Assembly (NCBI GenBank): GCA_964016885.1
Contig: OZ024741.1
Location: forward strand, 5,890,001 to 5,954,000
Direction of reading: 5' to 3'
Source of the DNA: Eledone cirrhosa
Taxonomy: Eukaryota
DNA length: 64,000 bases
The first letter of the stretch is position 1, and each line of letters starts with the position of its first letter. Of the stretch, positions 26,547 through 40,999 are shown one piece after another. The notes beneath the pieces are model-generated. The model had not been told where the DNA came from. It saw only the letters and a list, made by a program, of their open reading frames with translations, and made no database searches. A program made the translations under genes and the position numbers.

Positions 26547-28225
26547 AATATCTCAGCTGTGAAGGTCTTACTAACATGTCACCCCTAACACTAATTACCT
26601 CACAGAGTATCTCAGCTGTGAAGGTCTTACTAACATGTCACCCCTAACACTAATTAGCTCAGACAATATCTCAGTTGTGAAGGTCTTACTAACATGTCAC
26701 CCCTAACACTAATTACCTCAGACAATATCTCAGTTGTGAAGGTCTTACTAACATGTCACCCCTAACACTAATTACCTCACAGAGTATCTCAGCTGTGAAG
26801 GTCTTACTAACATGTCACCCCTAACACTAATTACCTCAATCAATATCTCAGATGTGAAGGTCTTACTAACATGTCACCCCTAACATTAATTACCTCACAA
26901 AATATCTCAGTTGTGAAGGTCTTACTAACATGTCACCCCTAACACTAATTACCTCACAGAATATCTCAGCTGGGAAGGTCTTACTAACATGTCACCCCTA
27001 ACACTAATTACCTCACAGAATATCTCAGCTGTGAAGGTCTAATTAACATGTCAACCCTAAACACTAATTACCTCACAGAATATCTCAGCTGTGAAGGTCT
27101 TACTAACATGTCACCCCTAACACTAATTACCTCACAGAATATCTCAGATGTGAAGGTCTTACTAACATGTCACCCCTAACACTAATTACCTCACAGAATA
27201 TCTCAACTGTGAAGGTTTTACGAATATGTCACCCCTAACACTAATTACCTCACAGAATATCTCAGATGTGAAGGTCTTACTAACATGTCACCCCTAATAC
27301 TAATTACCTCACAGAATATCTCAACTGTGAAGGTTTTACGAATATGTCACCCCTAACACTAATTACCTCACAGAATATCTCAGCTGTGAAGGTCTTACTA
27401 ACATGTCACCCCTAACACTAATTACCTCACAGAGTATCTCAGCTGTGAAGGTCTTACTAACATGTCACCCCTAACACTAATTAGCTCAGACAATATCTCA
27501 GTTGTGAAGGTCTTACTAACATGTCACCCCTAACACTAATTACCTCAGACAATATCTCAGTTGTGAAGGTCTTACTAACATGTCACCCCTAACACTAATT
27601 ACCTCACAGAGTATCTCAGCTGTGAAGGTCTTACTAACATGTCACCCCTAACACTAATTACCTCAATCAATATCTCAGATGTGAAGGTCTTACTAACATG
27701 TCACCCCTAACATTAATTACCTCACAAAATATCTCAGTTGTGAAGGTCTTACTAACATGTCACCCCTAACACTAATTACCTCACAGAATATCTCAGCTGG
27801 GAAGGTCTTACTAACATGTCACCCCTAACACTAATTACCTCACAGAATATCTCAGCTGTGAAGGTCTAATTAACATGTCAACCCTAAACACTAATTACCT
27901 CACAGAATATCTCAGCTGTGAAGGTCTTACTAACATGTCACCCCTAACACTAATTACCTCACAGAATATCTCAGATGTGAAGGTCTTACTAACATGTCAC
28001 CCCTAACACTAATTACCTCACAGAATATCTCAACTGTGAAGGTTTTACGAATATGTCACCCCTAACACTAATTACCTCACAGAATATCTCAGATGTGAAG
28101 GTCTTACTAACATGTCACCCCTAATACTAATTACCTCACAGAATATCTCAACTGTGAAGGTTTTACGAATATGTCACCCCTAACACTAATTACCTCACAG
28201 AATATCTCAGCTGTGAAGGTCTTAC
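26547..28225 (+). repeat. Tandem duplication of a 14-monomer (827-bp) unit
   Basis: TTAGCTCAGAC at 26654/27481 and the +1 variant TCAACCCTAAACAC at 27051/27878 have offset 827 = 14x59+1. Confidence 0.92.
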
Positions 28226-28845
28226 AGACAGGTCACCCCTAACACTAATTACCTCACACAATATCTCAGATGTGAAGGTCTTACTAACATGTCACCCCTA
28301 ACACTATTTACCTCACAGAATATCTCAGCTGAGAAGGTCTTACTAACATGTCACCCCTAACACTAATTACCTCACAGAATATCTCAGATGTGAAGGTCTT
28401 ACTAACATGTCACCCCTAACACTAATTACCTCACAGAATATCTCAACTGTGAAGGTTTTACGAATATGTCACCCCTAACACTAATTACCTCACAGAATAT
28501 CTCAGATGTGAAGGTCTTACTAACATGTCACCCCTAATACTAATTACCTCACAGAATATCTCAACTGTGAAGGTTTTACGAATATGTCACCCCTAACACT
28601 AATTACCTCACAGAATATCTCAGCTGTGAAGGTCTTACAGACAGGTCACCCCTAACACTATTTACCTCACACAATATCTCAGATGTGAAGGTCTTACTAA
28701 CATGTCACCCCTAACACTATTTACCTCACAGAATATCTCAGCTGAGAAGGTCTTACTAACATGTCACCCCTAACACTAATTACCTCACAGAATATCTCAG
28801 ATGTGAAGGTCTTACTAACATGTCACCCCTAACACTAATTACCTC
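27910..28845 (+). repeat. Tandem duplication of a 7-monomer (413-bp) unit overlapping the 14-mer duplication
   Basis: CTTACAGACAGGTC at 28221/28634 (offset 413 = 7x59). The paired GGTTTTACGAATATG monomers and the GCTGAGAAGG variant are also repeated. Confidence 0.88.
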
Positions 28846-31800
28846 ACACAATATCTCAGCTGTGAAGGTACTACTAACATGACCCCCTTAACACTAATTA
28901 TCTCACAGAATATCTCAGCTGTGAAGGTCTTACTAACATGTCACCCCTAACACTAATTATCTCACAGAGTATCTCAGCTGTGAAGGTCTTGCTAACATGT
29001 CACCCCTAACACTAATTACCTCACATAATATCTCAGTTGTGAAGGTGTTACTAACCTGTCACCCCTGAAACTAATTACCTCACAGAATATCTCAGCTGTG
29101 AGGGTCTTACTAACATGTCACCCCTAACACTAATTATCTCACAGAATATCTCAGTTGTGAAGGTGTTACTAACCTGTTACCCCTAAAACTAATTACCTCA
29201 CAGAATATCTCAGCTGTGAGGGTCTTACTAACATGTCACCCCTAACTTTAATTACCTTACAGAATATCTCAGCTGTGAAGGTCTTACTAACATGTCACCC
29301 CTAACACTAATTACCTCACACAATATCTCAGTTGTGAATGTCTTACTAACATGTCACCCCTAACACTAATTACCTCACACAATATCTCAGTTGTGAATGT
29401 CTTACTAACATGTCACCCCTAACACTAATTACCTCACACAATACCTCAGTTGTGAATGTCTTACTAACATGTCACCCCTAACACAAATTACCTCACACAA
29501 TATCTCAGTTGTGAATGTCTTACTAACATGTCACCCCTAACACAAATTACCTCACGCAATATCTCAGTTGTGAAGGTCTTACTAACATGTCACCCCTAAC
29601 AGAAATTACCTCACACAATATCTCAGTTGTGAATGTCTTACTAACATGTCACCCCTAACACTAATTACCTCACAGAATATCTCAGCTGGGAAGGTCTTAC
29701 TAACATGTCACCCCTAACATTAATTACCTCAAGGAATATCTCAGCTGTGAGGGTCTTACTAACATGTCACCCCTAACATTAATTATCTCACACAATATCT
29801 CAGCTGTGAAGGTCTTACTAACATGTCACCCCTAACACTAATTACCTCACAGAGTATCTCAGCTGTGAAGGTCTTACTAACATGTCACCCCTAACACTAA
29901 TTACCTCAGACAATATCTCAGATGTGAAGGTCTTACTAACATGTCATCCCTAACACTAATTACCTCACAGAGTATCTCAGCTGTGAAGGTCTTACTAACA
30001 TGTCACCCCTAACACTAATTAGCTCAGACAATATCTCAGTTGTGAAGGTCTTACTAACATGTCATCCCTAACACTAATTACCTCACAGAATATCTCAACT
30101 GTGAAGGTCTTACTAACATGTCACCCATAACACTAATTATCTCATAGAATATCTCAGCTGTGAAGGTCTTACTAACATGTCACCCCTAACACTAATTACC
30201 TCACAGAATATCTCAGATGTGAATGTCTTACTAACATGTCACCTCTAAAACTAATTATCTCACACAATATCTCAGATGTGAAGGTCTTACTAACATGTCG
30301 CCCCTAACAATAATTACATCACAGAATATCTCAGCTGTGAAGGTCTTACTAACATGTCACCCCTAACACTAATTACCTCAGACAATATCTCAGATGTGAA
30401 GGTCTTACTAACATGTCACCCCTGACACTAATTACCTCACAGAATATCTCAGTTGTGAAGGTCTTACTAACATGTCACCCCTAACACTAATTACATCACA
30501 GAATATCTCAGCTGTGAAGGTCTTACTAACATGTCACCCCTAACAATAATTACCTCACACAATATCTCAGCTGTGAAAGTCTTACTAACATGTCACCTCT
30601 AACAATAATTACCTCACAGAGTATCTCAGCTGTGAAGGTCTTACTAACATGTCACCCCTAACACTAATTACATCACAGAATATCTCAGTGGTGAAGGTCT
30701 TACTAACATGTCACCCCTACCACTAATTACCTCACAGAGTATCTCAGCTGTGAAGGTCTTACTAACATGTCAGCCCTAACACTAATTACCTCACAGAATA
30801 TCTCAGCTGTGAAGGTCTTACTAACATGTCGCCCCTAACAATAATTACATCACAGAATATCTCAGCTGTGAAGGTCTTACTAACATGTCACCCCTAACAC
30901 TAATTAGATCACAGAATATCTCATCTGTGAAGGTCTTACTAACATGTCACCCCTAACAATAATTACCTCACAGAATATTTCAACTGTGAAGGTCTTACTA
31001 ACATGTCACCCCTAACACTAATTACCTCACACAATATCTCAGCTGTGAAGGTCTTACTAACATGTCACCCCTAACACTAATTACCTCACACAATATCTCA
31101 GCTGTGAAGGTCTTACTAACATGTCACCCCTAACACTAATTATCTCACAGAATATCTCAGATGTGAAGGTCTTACTAACATGACCCCCTTAACACTAATT
31201 ATCTCACAGAATATCTCAGCTGTGAAGGTCTTACTAACATGTCACCCCTAACACTAATTATCTCACAGAGTATCTCAGCTGTGAAGGTCTTGCTAACATG
31301 TCACCCCTAACACTAATTACCTCACACAATATCTCAGATGTGAAGGTCTTACTAACATGACCCCCTTAACACTAATTATCTCACAGAATATCTCAGCTGT
31401 GAAGGTCTTACTAACATGTCACCCCTAACACTAATTATCTCACAGAGTATCTCAGCTGTGAAGGTCTTGCTAACATGTCACCCCTAACACTAATTATCTC
31501 ACAGAGTATCTCAGCTGTGAAGGTCTTACTAACCTGTCACCCCTGAAACTAATTACCTCACAGAATATCTCAGCTGTGACGGTCTTACTAACATGTCACC
31601 CCTAACACTAATTATCTCACAGAATATCTCAGTTGTGAAGGTGTTACTAACCTGTCACCCCTAAAACTAATTACCTCACAGAATATCTCAGCTGTGAGGG
31701 TCTTACTAACATGTCACCCCTAACTTTAATTGCCTTACAGAATATCTCAGCTGTGAAGGTCTTACTAACATGTCACCCCTATCACAAATTACCTCACACA

Positions 31801-34059
31801 ATATCTCAGTTGTGAATGTCTTACTAACATGTCACCCCTAACACAAATTACCTCACGCAATATCTCAGTTGTGAAGGTCTTACTAACATGTCACCCCTAA
31901 CACTAATTACCTCAAAGAATATCTCAGCTGGGAAGGTCTTACTAACATGTCACCCCTAACATTAATTACCTCAAGGAATATCTCAGCTGTGAGGGTCTTA
32001 CTAACATGTCACCCCTAACATTAATTATCTCACACAATATCTCAGCTGTGAAGGTCTTACTAACATGTCACCCCTAACACTAATTACCTCACAGAGTATC
32101 TCAGCTGTGAAGGTCTTACTAACATGTCACCCCTAACACTAATTAGCTCAGACAATATCTCAGTTGTGAAGGTCTTACTAACATGTCACCCCTAACACTA
32201 ATTACCTCAGACAATATCTCAGTTGTGAAGGTCTTACTAACATGTCACCCTTAACACTAATTACCTAACAGAGTATCTCAGCTGTGAAGGTCTCACTAAC
32301 ATGTCACCCCTAACACTAATTACCTCAATCAATATCTCAGATGTGAAGGTCTTACTAACATGTCACCCCTAACATTAATTACCTCACACAATATCTCAGT
32401 TGTGAAGGTCTTACTAACATGTCACACCTAACACTAATTACCTCACAGAATATCTCAGCTGGGAAGGTCTTACTCACATGTCACCCCTAACACTAATTAC
32501 CTCACAGAATATCTCAGCTGTGAAGGTCTAATTAACATGTCAACCCTAAACACTAATTACCTCACAGAATATCTCAGCTGTGAAGGTCTTACTAACATGT
32601 CACCCCTAACACTAATTACCTCACAGAATATCTCAGATGTGAAGGTCTTACTAACATGTCACCCCTAACACTAATTACCTCACAGAATATCTCAACTGTG
32701 AAGGTTTTACGAATATGTCACCCCTAACACTAATTACCTCACAGAATATCTCAGATGTGAAGGTCTTACTAACATGTCACCCCTAATACTAATTACCTCA
32801 CAGAATATCTCAACTGTGAAGGTTTTACGAATATGTCACCCCTAACACTAATTACCTCACAGAATATCTCAGATGTGAAGGTCTTACTAACATGTCACCC
32901 CTAACACTAATTACCTCACAGAATATCTCAGCTGTGAAGGTCTTACAGACAGGTCACCCCTAACACTAATTACCTCACACAATACCTCAGTGGTGAAGGT
33001 CTTACTAACATGTCACCCCTAACACTATTTACCTCACAGAATATCTCAGCTGAGAAGGTCTTACTAACATGTCACCCCTAACACTAATTACCTCACAGAA
33101 TATCTCAGATGTGAAGGTCTTACTAACATGTCACCCCTAATACTAATTACCTCACAGAATATCTCAACTCTGAAGGTCTTACTAACATGTCACCCCTAAC
33201 ACTAATTACCTCACACAATATCTCTGTTGTGAAGGTCTTACTAACATGTCACCCCTAACACTAATTACCTCACACAATATCTCAGCTGTGAAGGTCTTAC
33301 TAACATATCACCCCTAACACTAATATCTTACACAATATCTCAGTTGTGAAGGTCTTACTAACATGTCACCCCTAATAATAATTACCGCACAGAGTATCTC
33401 AGCTGTGAAGGTCTTACTATCATGTCAGCCCTAACACTAATTACCTCACAGAATATATCAGCTGTGAAGGTCTTACTAACATGTCACCCGTAACAATAAT
33501 TACATCACAGAATATCTCAGCTGTGAAGGTCTTACTAACATGTCACCCCTAACACTAATTACATCACAGAATATCTCAACTGTGAAGGTCTTACTAACAT
33601 GTCACCCCTAACACTAATTACCTCACAGAATATCTCAGCTTTGAAGGTCTTACTAACATATCATCCCTAACACTAATTACCTAACAGAATATCTCAGCTG
33701 TGAAGGTCTTACTAACATGTCACCCCTAACACTAATTATCTCACAGAATATCTCAGCTGTGAAGGTCTTACTAACATGTCACCCCTAACACTAATTATCT
33801 CACAGAATATCTCAGCTGTGAAGGTCTTACTAACATATCATCCCTAACAGTAATTACCTAACAGAATATCTCAGCTGTGAAGGTCTTAGTAACATGTCAC
33901 CCCTAACACTAATTACCTCACAGAATATCTCAGCTGTGAAGGTCTTACTAACATGTCACCCTTAACATTAATTACCTCACAGAATATCTCAGTTGTGAAG
34001 GTCTTACTAACATGTCTCCCCTAACACTAATTACCTCACACAATATCTCAGTTGTGAAG

Positions 34060-34620
34060 GTCTTACTAACATGTCACCCCTAACACTAATTACATCACAG
34101 AATATCTCAGCTGTGAAGGTCTTACTAACATGTCACCCCTAACACTAATTACATCACAGAATATTCTCAGCTGTGAAGGTCTAATTAACATGTCACCCCT
34201 AACACTAATTACCTCACAGAATATCTCAACTGTGAAAGGTCTTACTAACATCTCACCCCTAACACTAATTATCTCACAGAATATCTCAGCTGTGAGGGTC
34301 TTACTAACATGTCACCCCTAACACTAATTACCTCACAGAATATCATAGCTGTGAAGGTCTTACTAACATGTCACCCCTAACACTAATTACATCACAGAAT
34401 ATCTCAGCTGTGAAGGTCTTACTAACATGTCACCCCTAACACTAATTACATCACAGAATATTCTCAGCTGTGAAGGTCTAATTAACATGTCACCCCTAAC
34501 ACTAATTACCTCACAGAATATCTCAACTGTGAAAGGTCTTACTAACATCTCACCCCTAACACTAATTATCTCACAGAATATCTCAGCTGTGAAGGTCTTA
34601 CTAACATGTCACCCCTAACA
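34060..34620 (+). repeat. Tandem duplication of a 5-monomer (297-bp) unit containing two 60-bp monomers
   Basis: The insertion variants ATATTCTCAG and GTGAAAGGT are both repeated. The ORF-track entries starting at 34130 and 34427 are offset by 297 = 5x59+2. Confidence 0.88.
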
Positions 34621-36259
34621 CTAATTACCTCACAGAGTATCTTAGATGTGAAGGTCTTACTAACATGTCAGCCCTAACACTAATTACCTCACAGAATATC
34701 TCAGTGGTGAAGGTCTTACTAACATGTCACCCCTAACACTAATTATCTCACAGAATATCTCAGAGGTGAAGGTCTTACTAACATGTCACCCCTAACACTA
34801 ATTACCTCACACAATATCTCAGCTGTGAAGGTCTTACTAACATATCACCCCTAACACTAATATCTTACACAATATCTCAGCTGTGAAGGTCTTACTAACA
34901 TATCACCCCTAACACTAATTACCTCACAGAATATCTCAGCTGTGAAGGTCTTACTAACATGTCACCCCTAATACTAATTATCTCACAGAGTATCTCAGCT
35001 GTGAAGGTCTTACTAACATGTCAGCCCTAACACTAATTACCTCACAGAATATCTCAGCTGTGAAGGTCTTACTAACATGTCACCCCTAACAATAATTACC
35101 TCACAGAATATCTCAGATGTGAAGGTCTTACTAACATGTCACCCCTAACACTAATTACATCACAGAATATCTCAACTGTGAAGGTCTTACTAACATGTCA
35201 CCCCTAACACTAATTACCTCACAGAATATCTCAGCTGTGAAGGTCTTACTAACATATCATCCCTAACACTAATTACCTAACAGAATATCTCAGCTGTGAA
35301 GGTCTTACTAACATGTCACCCCTAACACTAATTACCTCAGAGAATATCTCAGCTGTGAAGGTCTTACTAACATGTCACCCCTAACACTAATTACCTCACA
35401 GAATATCTGAGTTGTGAAGGTCTTACTAACATGTTACCCCTAACACTAATTACCTCAGAGAATATCTCAGCTGTGAAGGTCTTACTAACATGTCACCCCT
35501 AACACTAATTATCTCACACAATATCTCAGTTGTGAAGGTCTTACTAACATGTCACCCCTAACACTAATTACATCACAGAATATCTCAGCTGTGAAGGTCT
35601 TACTAACATGTCACCCCTAACACTAATTACCTCACAGAGTATCTTAGATGTGAAGGTCTTACTAACATGTCACCCCTAACACTAATTACCTCACAGAATA
35701 TCTCAGATGTGAAGGTCTAATTAACATGTCACCCCTAACACTAATTACCTCACAGAATACCTCAGCTGTGAAGGTCTTACTAACATGTCACCCCTAACAA
35801 TAATTACCTCACAGAATATTTCAGCTGTGAAGGTCTTACTAACATGTCACCCCTAACACTAATTATCTCACAGAATATCTCAGAGGTGAAGGTCTTACTA
35901 ACATGTCACCCCTAACACTAATTATCTCACAGAATATCTCAGCTGTGAAGGTCTTACTAACATATCACCCCTAACACTAATATCTTACACAATATCTCAG
36001 TTGTGAAGGTCTTACTAACATGTCACCCCTAATAATAATTACCTCACAGAGTATCTCAGCTGTGAAGGTCTTACTAACATGTCAGCCCTAACAATAATTA
36101 CATCACAGAATATCTCAGCTGTGAAGGTCTTACTAACATGTCACCCCTAACACTAATTACATCACAGAATATCTCAGCTGTGAAGGTCTTACTAACATAT
36201 CATCCCTAACACTAATTACCTAACAGAATATCTCAGCTGTGAAGGTCTTACTAACATGT

Positions 36260-38450
36260 CACCCCTAACACTAATTACCTCAGACAATATCTCAGTTGTG
36301 AAGGTCTTACTAACATGTCACCCCTAACACTAATTACCTCACAGAGTATCTCAGCTGTGAAGGTCTTACTAACATGTCACCCCTAACACTAATTACCTCA
36401 ATCAATATCTCAGATGTGAAGGTCTTACTAACATGTCACCCCTAACATTAATTACCTCACACAATATCTCAGTTGTGAAGGTCTTACTAACATGTCACCC
36501 CTAACACTAATTACCTCACAGAATATCTCAGCTGGGAAGGTCTTACTAACATGTCACCCCTAACACTAATTACCTCACAGAATATCTCAGCTGTGAAGGT
36601 CTAATTAACATGTCAACCCTAAACACTAATTACCTCACAGAATATCTCAGCTGTGAAGGTCTTACTAACATGTCACCCCTAACACTAATTACCTCACAGA
36701 ATATCTCAGATGTGAAGGTCTTACTAACATGTCACCCCTAACACTAATTACCTCACAGAATATCTCAACTGTGAAGGTTTTACGAATATGTCACCCCTAA
36801 CACTAATTACCTCACAGAATATCTCAGATGTGAAGGTCTTACTAACATGTCACCCCTAATACTAATTACCTCACAGAATATCTCAACTGTGAAGGTTTTA
36901 CGAATATGTCACCCCTAACACTAATTACCTCACAGAATATCTCAGATGTGAAGGTCTTACTAACATGTCACCCCTAACACTAATTACCTCACAGAATATC
37001 TCAGCTGTGAAGGTCTTACAGACAGGTCACCCCTAACACTAATTACCTCACACAATATCTCAGATGTGAAGGTCTTACTAACATGTCACCCCTAACACTA
37101 TATACCTCACAGAATATCTAAGCTGAGAAGGTCTTACTAACATGTCACCCCTAACACTAATTACCTCACAGAATATCTCAGATGTGAAGGTCTTACTAAC
37201 ATGTCACCCCTAACACTAATTAGCTCACACAATATCTCTGTTGTGAAGGTCTTACTAACATGTCACCCCTAACACTAATTACCTCACACAATATCTCAGC
37301 TGTGAAGGTCTTACTAACATATCACCCCTAACACTAATATCTTACACAATATCTCAGTTGTGAAGGTCTTACTAACATGTCACCCCTAATAATAATTACC
37401 GCACAGAGTATCTCAGCTGTGAAGGTCTTACTATCATGTCAGCCCTAACACTAATTACCTCACAGAATATCTCAGCTGTGAAGGTGTTACTAACATGTCA
37501 CCCGTAACAATAATTACATCACAGAATATCTCAGCTGTGAAGGTCTTACTAACATGTCACCCCTAACACTAATTACATCACAGAATATCTCAACTGTGAA
37601 GGTCTTACTAACATGTCACCCCTAACACTAATTACCTCACAGAATATCTCAGCTTTGAAGGTCTTACTAACATATCATCCCTAACACTAATTACCTAACA
37701 GAATATCTCAGCTGTGAAGGTCTTACTAACATGTCACCCCTAACACTAATTATCTCACAGAATATCTCAGCTGTGAAGGTCTTACTAACATGTCACCCCT
37801 AACACTAATTATCTCACAGAATATCTCAGCTGTGAAGGTCTTACTAACATATCATCCCTAACAGTAATTACCTAACAGAATATCTCAGCTGTGAAGGTCT
37901 TAGTAACATGTCACCCCTAACACTAATTACCTCACAGAATATCTCAGCTGTGAAGGTCTTACTAACATGTCACCCTTATCATTAATTACCTCACAGAATA
38001 TCTCAGTTGTGAAGGTCTTACTAACATGTCTCCCCTAACACTAATTACCTCACACAATATCTCAGTTGTGAAGGTCTTACTAACATGTCACCCCTAACAC
38101 TAATTACATCACAGAATATCTCAGCTGTGAAGGTCTTACTAACATGTCACCCCTAACACTAATTACATCACAGAATATCTCAGCTGTGAAGGTCTAATTA
38201 ACATGTCACCCCTAACACTAATTACCTCACAGAATATCTCAACTGTGAAAGGTCTTACTAACATCTCACCCCTAACACTAATTATCTCACAGAATATCTC
38301 AGCTGTGAGGGTCTTACTAACATGTCACCCCTAACACTAATTACCTCACAGAATATCATAGCTGTGAAGGTCTTACTAACATGTCACCCCTAACACTAAT
38401 TACATCACAGAATATCTCAGCTGTGAAGGTCTAATTAACATGTCACCCCT
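36260..38450 (+). repeat. Dispersed diverged copy of block ~32190-34420
   Basis: TCAACCCTAAA at 32540/36613 and CTTACAGACAGG at 32942/37015 have offset 4073 = 69x59+2. The downstream variants (CCGCACAG, CTATCATG, GCTTTGAAG, TAGTAAC) occur in the same order. Confidence 0.82.
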
Positions 38451-40999
38451 AACACTAATTACCTCACACAATATCTCAGATGTGAAGGTCTTACTAACAT
38501 GTCACCCCTAACACTAATTACCTCACAGAGTATCTTAGATGTGAAGGTCTTACTAACATGTCAGCCCTAACACTAATTACCTCACAGAATATCTCAGCTG
38601 TGAAGGTCTTACTAACATGTCACCCCTAACACTAATTACATCACAGAATATCTCAGAGGTGAAGGTCTTACTAACATGTCACCCCTAACACTAATTACCT
38701 CACACAATATCTCAGCTGTGAAGGTCTTACTAACATATCACCCCTAACACTAATATCTTACACAATATCTCAGTTGTGAAGGTCTTACTAACATGTCACC
38801 CCTAATAATAATTACCTCACAGAGTATCTCAGCTGTGAAGGTCTTACTAACATATCATCCCTAACACTAATTACCTCACAGAGTATCTCAGCTGTGAAGG
38901 TCTTACTAACATATCATCCCTAACACTAATTACCTCACAGAGTATCTCAGCTGTGAAGGTCTTACTAACATGTCAGCCCTAACACTAATTACCTCACAGA
39001 ATATCTCAGCTGTGAAGGTCTTACTAACATGTCACCCCTAACACTAATTACCTCAGAGAATATCTCAGCTGTGAAGGTCTTACTAACATGTCACCCCTAA
39101 CACTAATTACCTCAGAGAATATCTCAGCTGTGAAGGTCTTACTAACATGTCACCCCTAACACTAATTACCTCAGAGAATATCTCAGCTGTGAAGGTCTTA
39201 CTAACATGTCACCCCTAACACTAATTACCTCAGAGAATATCTCAGCTGTGAAGGTCTTACTAACATGTTACCCCTAACACTAATTACCTCAGAGAATATC
39301 TCAGCTGTGAAGGTCTTACTAACATGTCACCCCTAACACTAATTATCTCACACAATATCTCAGTTGTGAAGGTCTTACTAACATGTCACCCCTAACACTA
39401 ATTACATCACAGAATATCTCAGCTGTGAAGGTCTTACTAACATGTCACCCCTAACACTAATTACCTCACAGAGTATCTTAGATGTGAAGGTCTTACTAAC
39501 ATGTCACCCCTAACACTAATTACCTCACAGAATATCTCAGATGTGAAGGTCTAATTAACATGTCACCCCTAACACTAATTACCTCATAGAATACCTCAGC
39601 TGTGAAGGTCTAATTAACATGTCACCGCTAACACTAATTACCTCACAGAATATCTCAGCTGTGAAGGTCTTACTAACATGTCACCCATAACACTAATTAC
39701 ATCACAGAATATCTCAGCTGTGAAGTTCTTACTAACATGTCACCCCTAACACTAATTACATCACAGAATATCTCAGCTGTGAAGGTCTTACTAACATGTC
39801 ACCCCTAACACTAATTACATCACAGAATATCTCAGCTGTGAAGGTCTTACTAACATGTCACCCCTAACTCTAATTACCTCACAGAATATCTCAGCTGTGA
39901 AGGTCTTACTAACATGTCACCCATAACACTAATTACATCACAGAATATCTCAGCTGTGAAGGTCTTACTAACATGTCACCCCTAACACTAATTACATCAC
40001 AGAATATCTCAGCTGTGAAGGTCTTACTAACATGTCACCCCTAACACTAATTACATCACAGAATATCTCAGCTGTGAAGGTCTTACTAACATGTCACCCC
40101 TAACTCTAATTACCTCACAGAATATCTCAGCTGTGAAGGTCTTACTAACATGTCACCCCTAACACTAATTATCTCACAGAATATCTCAGCTGTGAAGGTC
40201 TTACTAACATGTCACCCCTAACACTAATTACATCACAGAATATCTCAGCTGTGAAGGTCTTACTAACATGTCACCGCTAACACTAATTACCTCACAGAAT
40301 ATCTCAGCTGTGAAGGTCTTACTAACATGTCACCCCTAACACTAATTATCTCACAGAATATCTCAGCTGTGAAGGTCTTACTAACATGTCACCCCTAACA
40401 CTAATTACATCACAGAATATCTCAGCTGTGAAGGTCTTACTAACATGTCACCCCTAACTCTAATTACCTCACAGAATATCTCAGCTGTGAAGGTCTTACT
40501 AACATGTCACCCCTAACACTAATTACCTCACAGAATATCTCAGCGGTGAAGGTCTTACTAACATGTCACCTCTAACACTAATTACATCACAGAATATCTC
40601 AGCTGTGAAGGTCTTACTAACATGTCAGCCCTAACACTAATTACCTCACAGAATATCTCAGCTGTGAAGGTCTTACTAACATGTCACCCCTAACAATAAT
40701 TACCTCACAGAATATTTCAGCTGTGAAGGTCTTACTAACATGTCAGCCCTAACACTAATTACCTCACAGAGTATCTCAACTGTGAAGGTCTTACTAACAT
40801 GTCACCTCTAACACTAATTATCTCACAGAATATCTCAGCTGTGAAGGTCTTACTAACATGTCACCCCTAACACTAATTATCTCACAGAATATCTCAGAGG
40901 TGAAGGTCTTACTAACATGTCACCCCTAACACTAATTACCTCACACAATATCTCAGCTGTGAAGGTCTTACTAACATATCACCCCTAACACTAATATCT

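Noticed and set aside
34130-34618. Two 63-aa ORFs (MSPLTLITSQN...)
   Set aside because: They result from two 60-bp insertion monomers in a duplicated pentamer and are repeat translations only.
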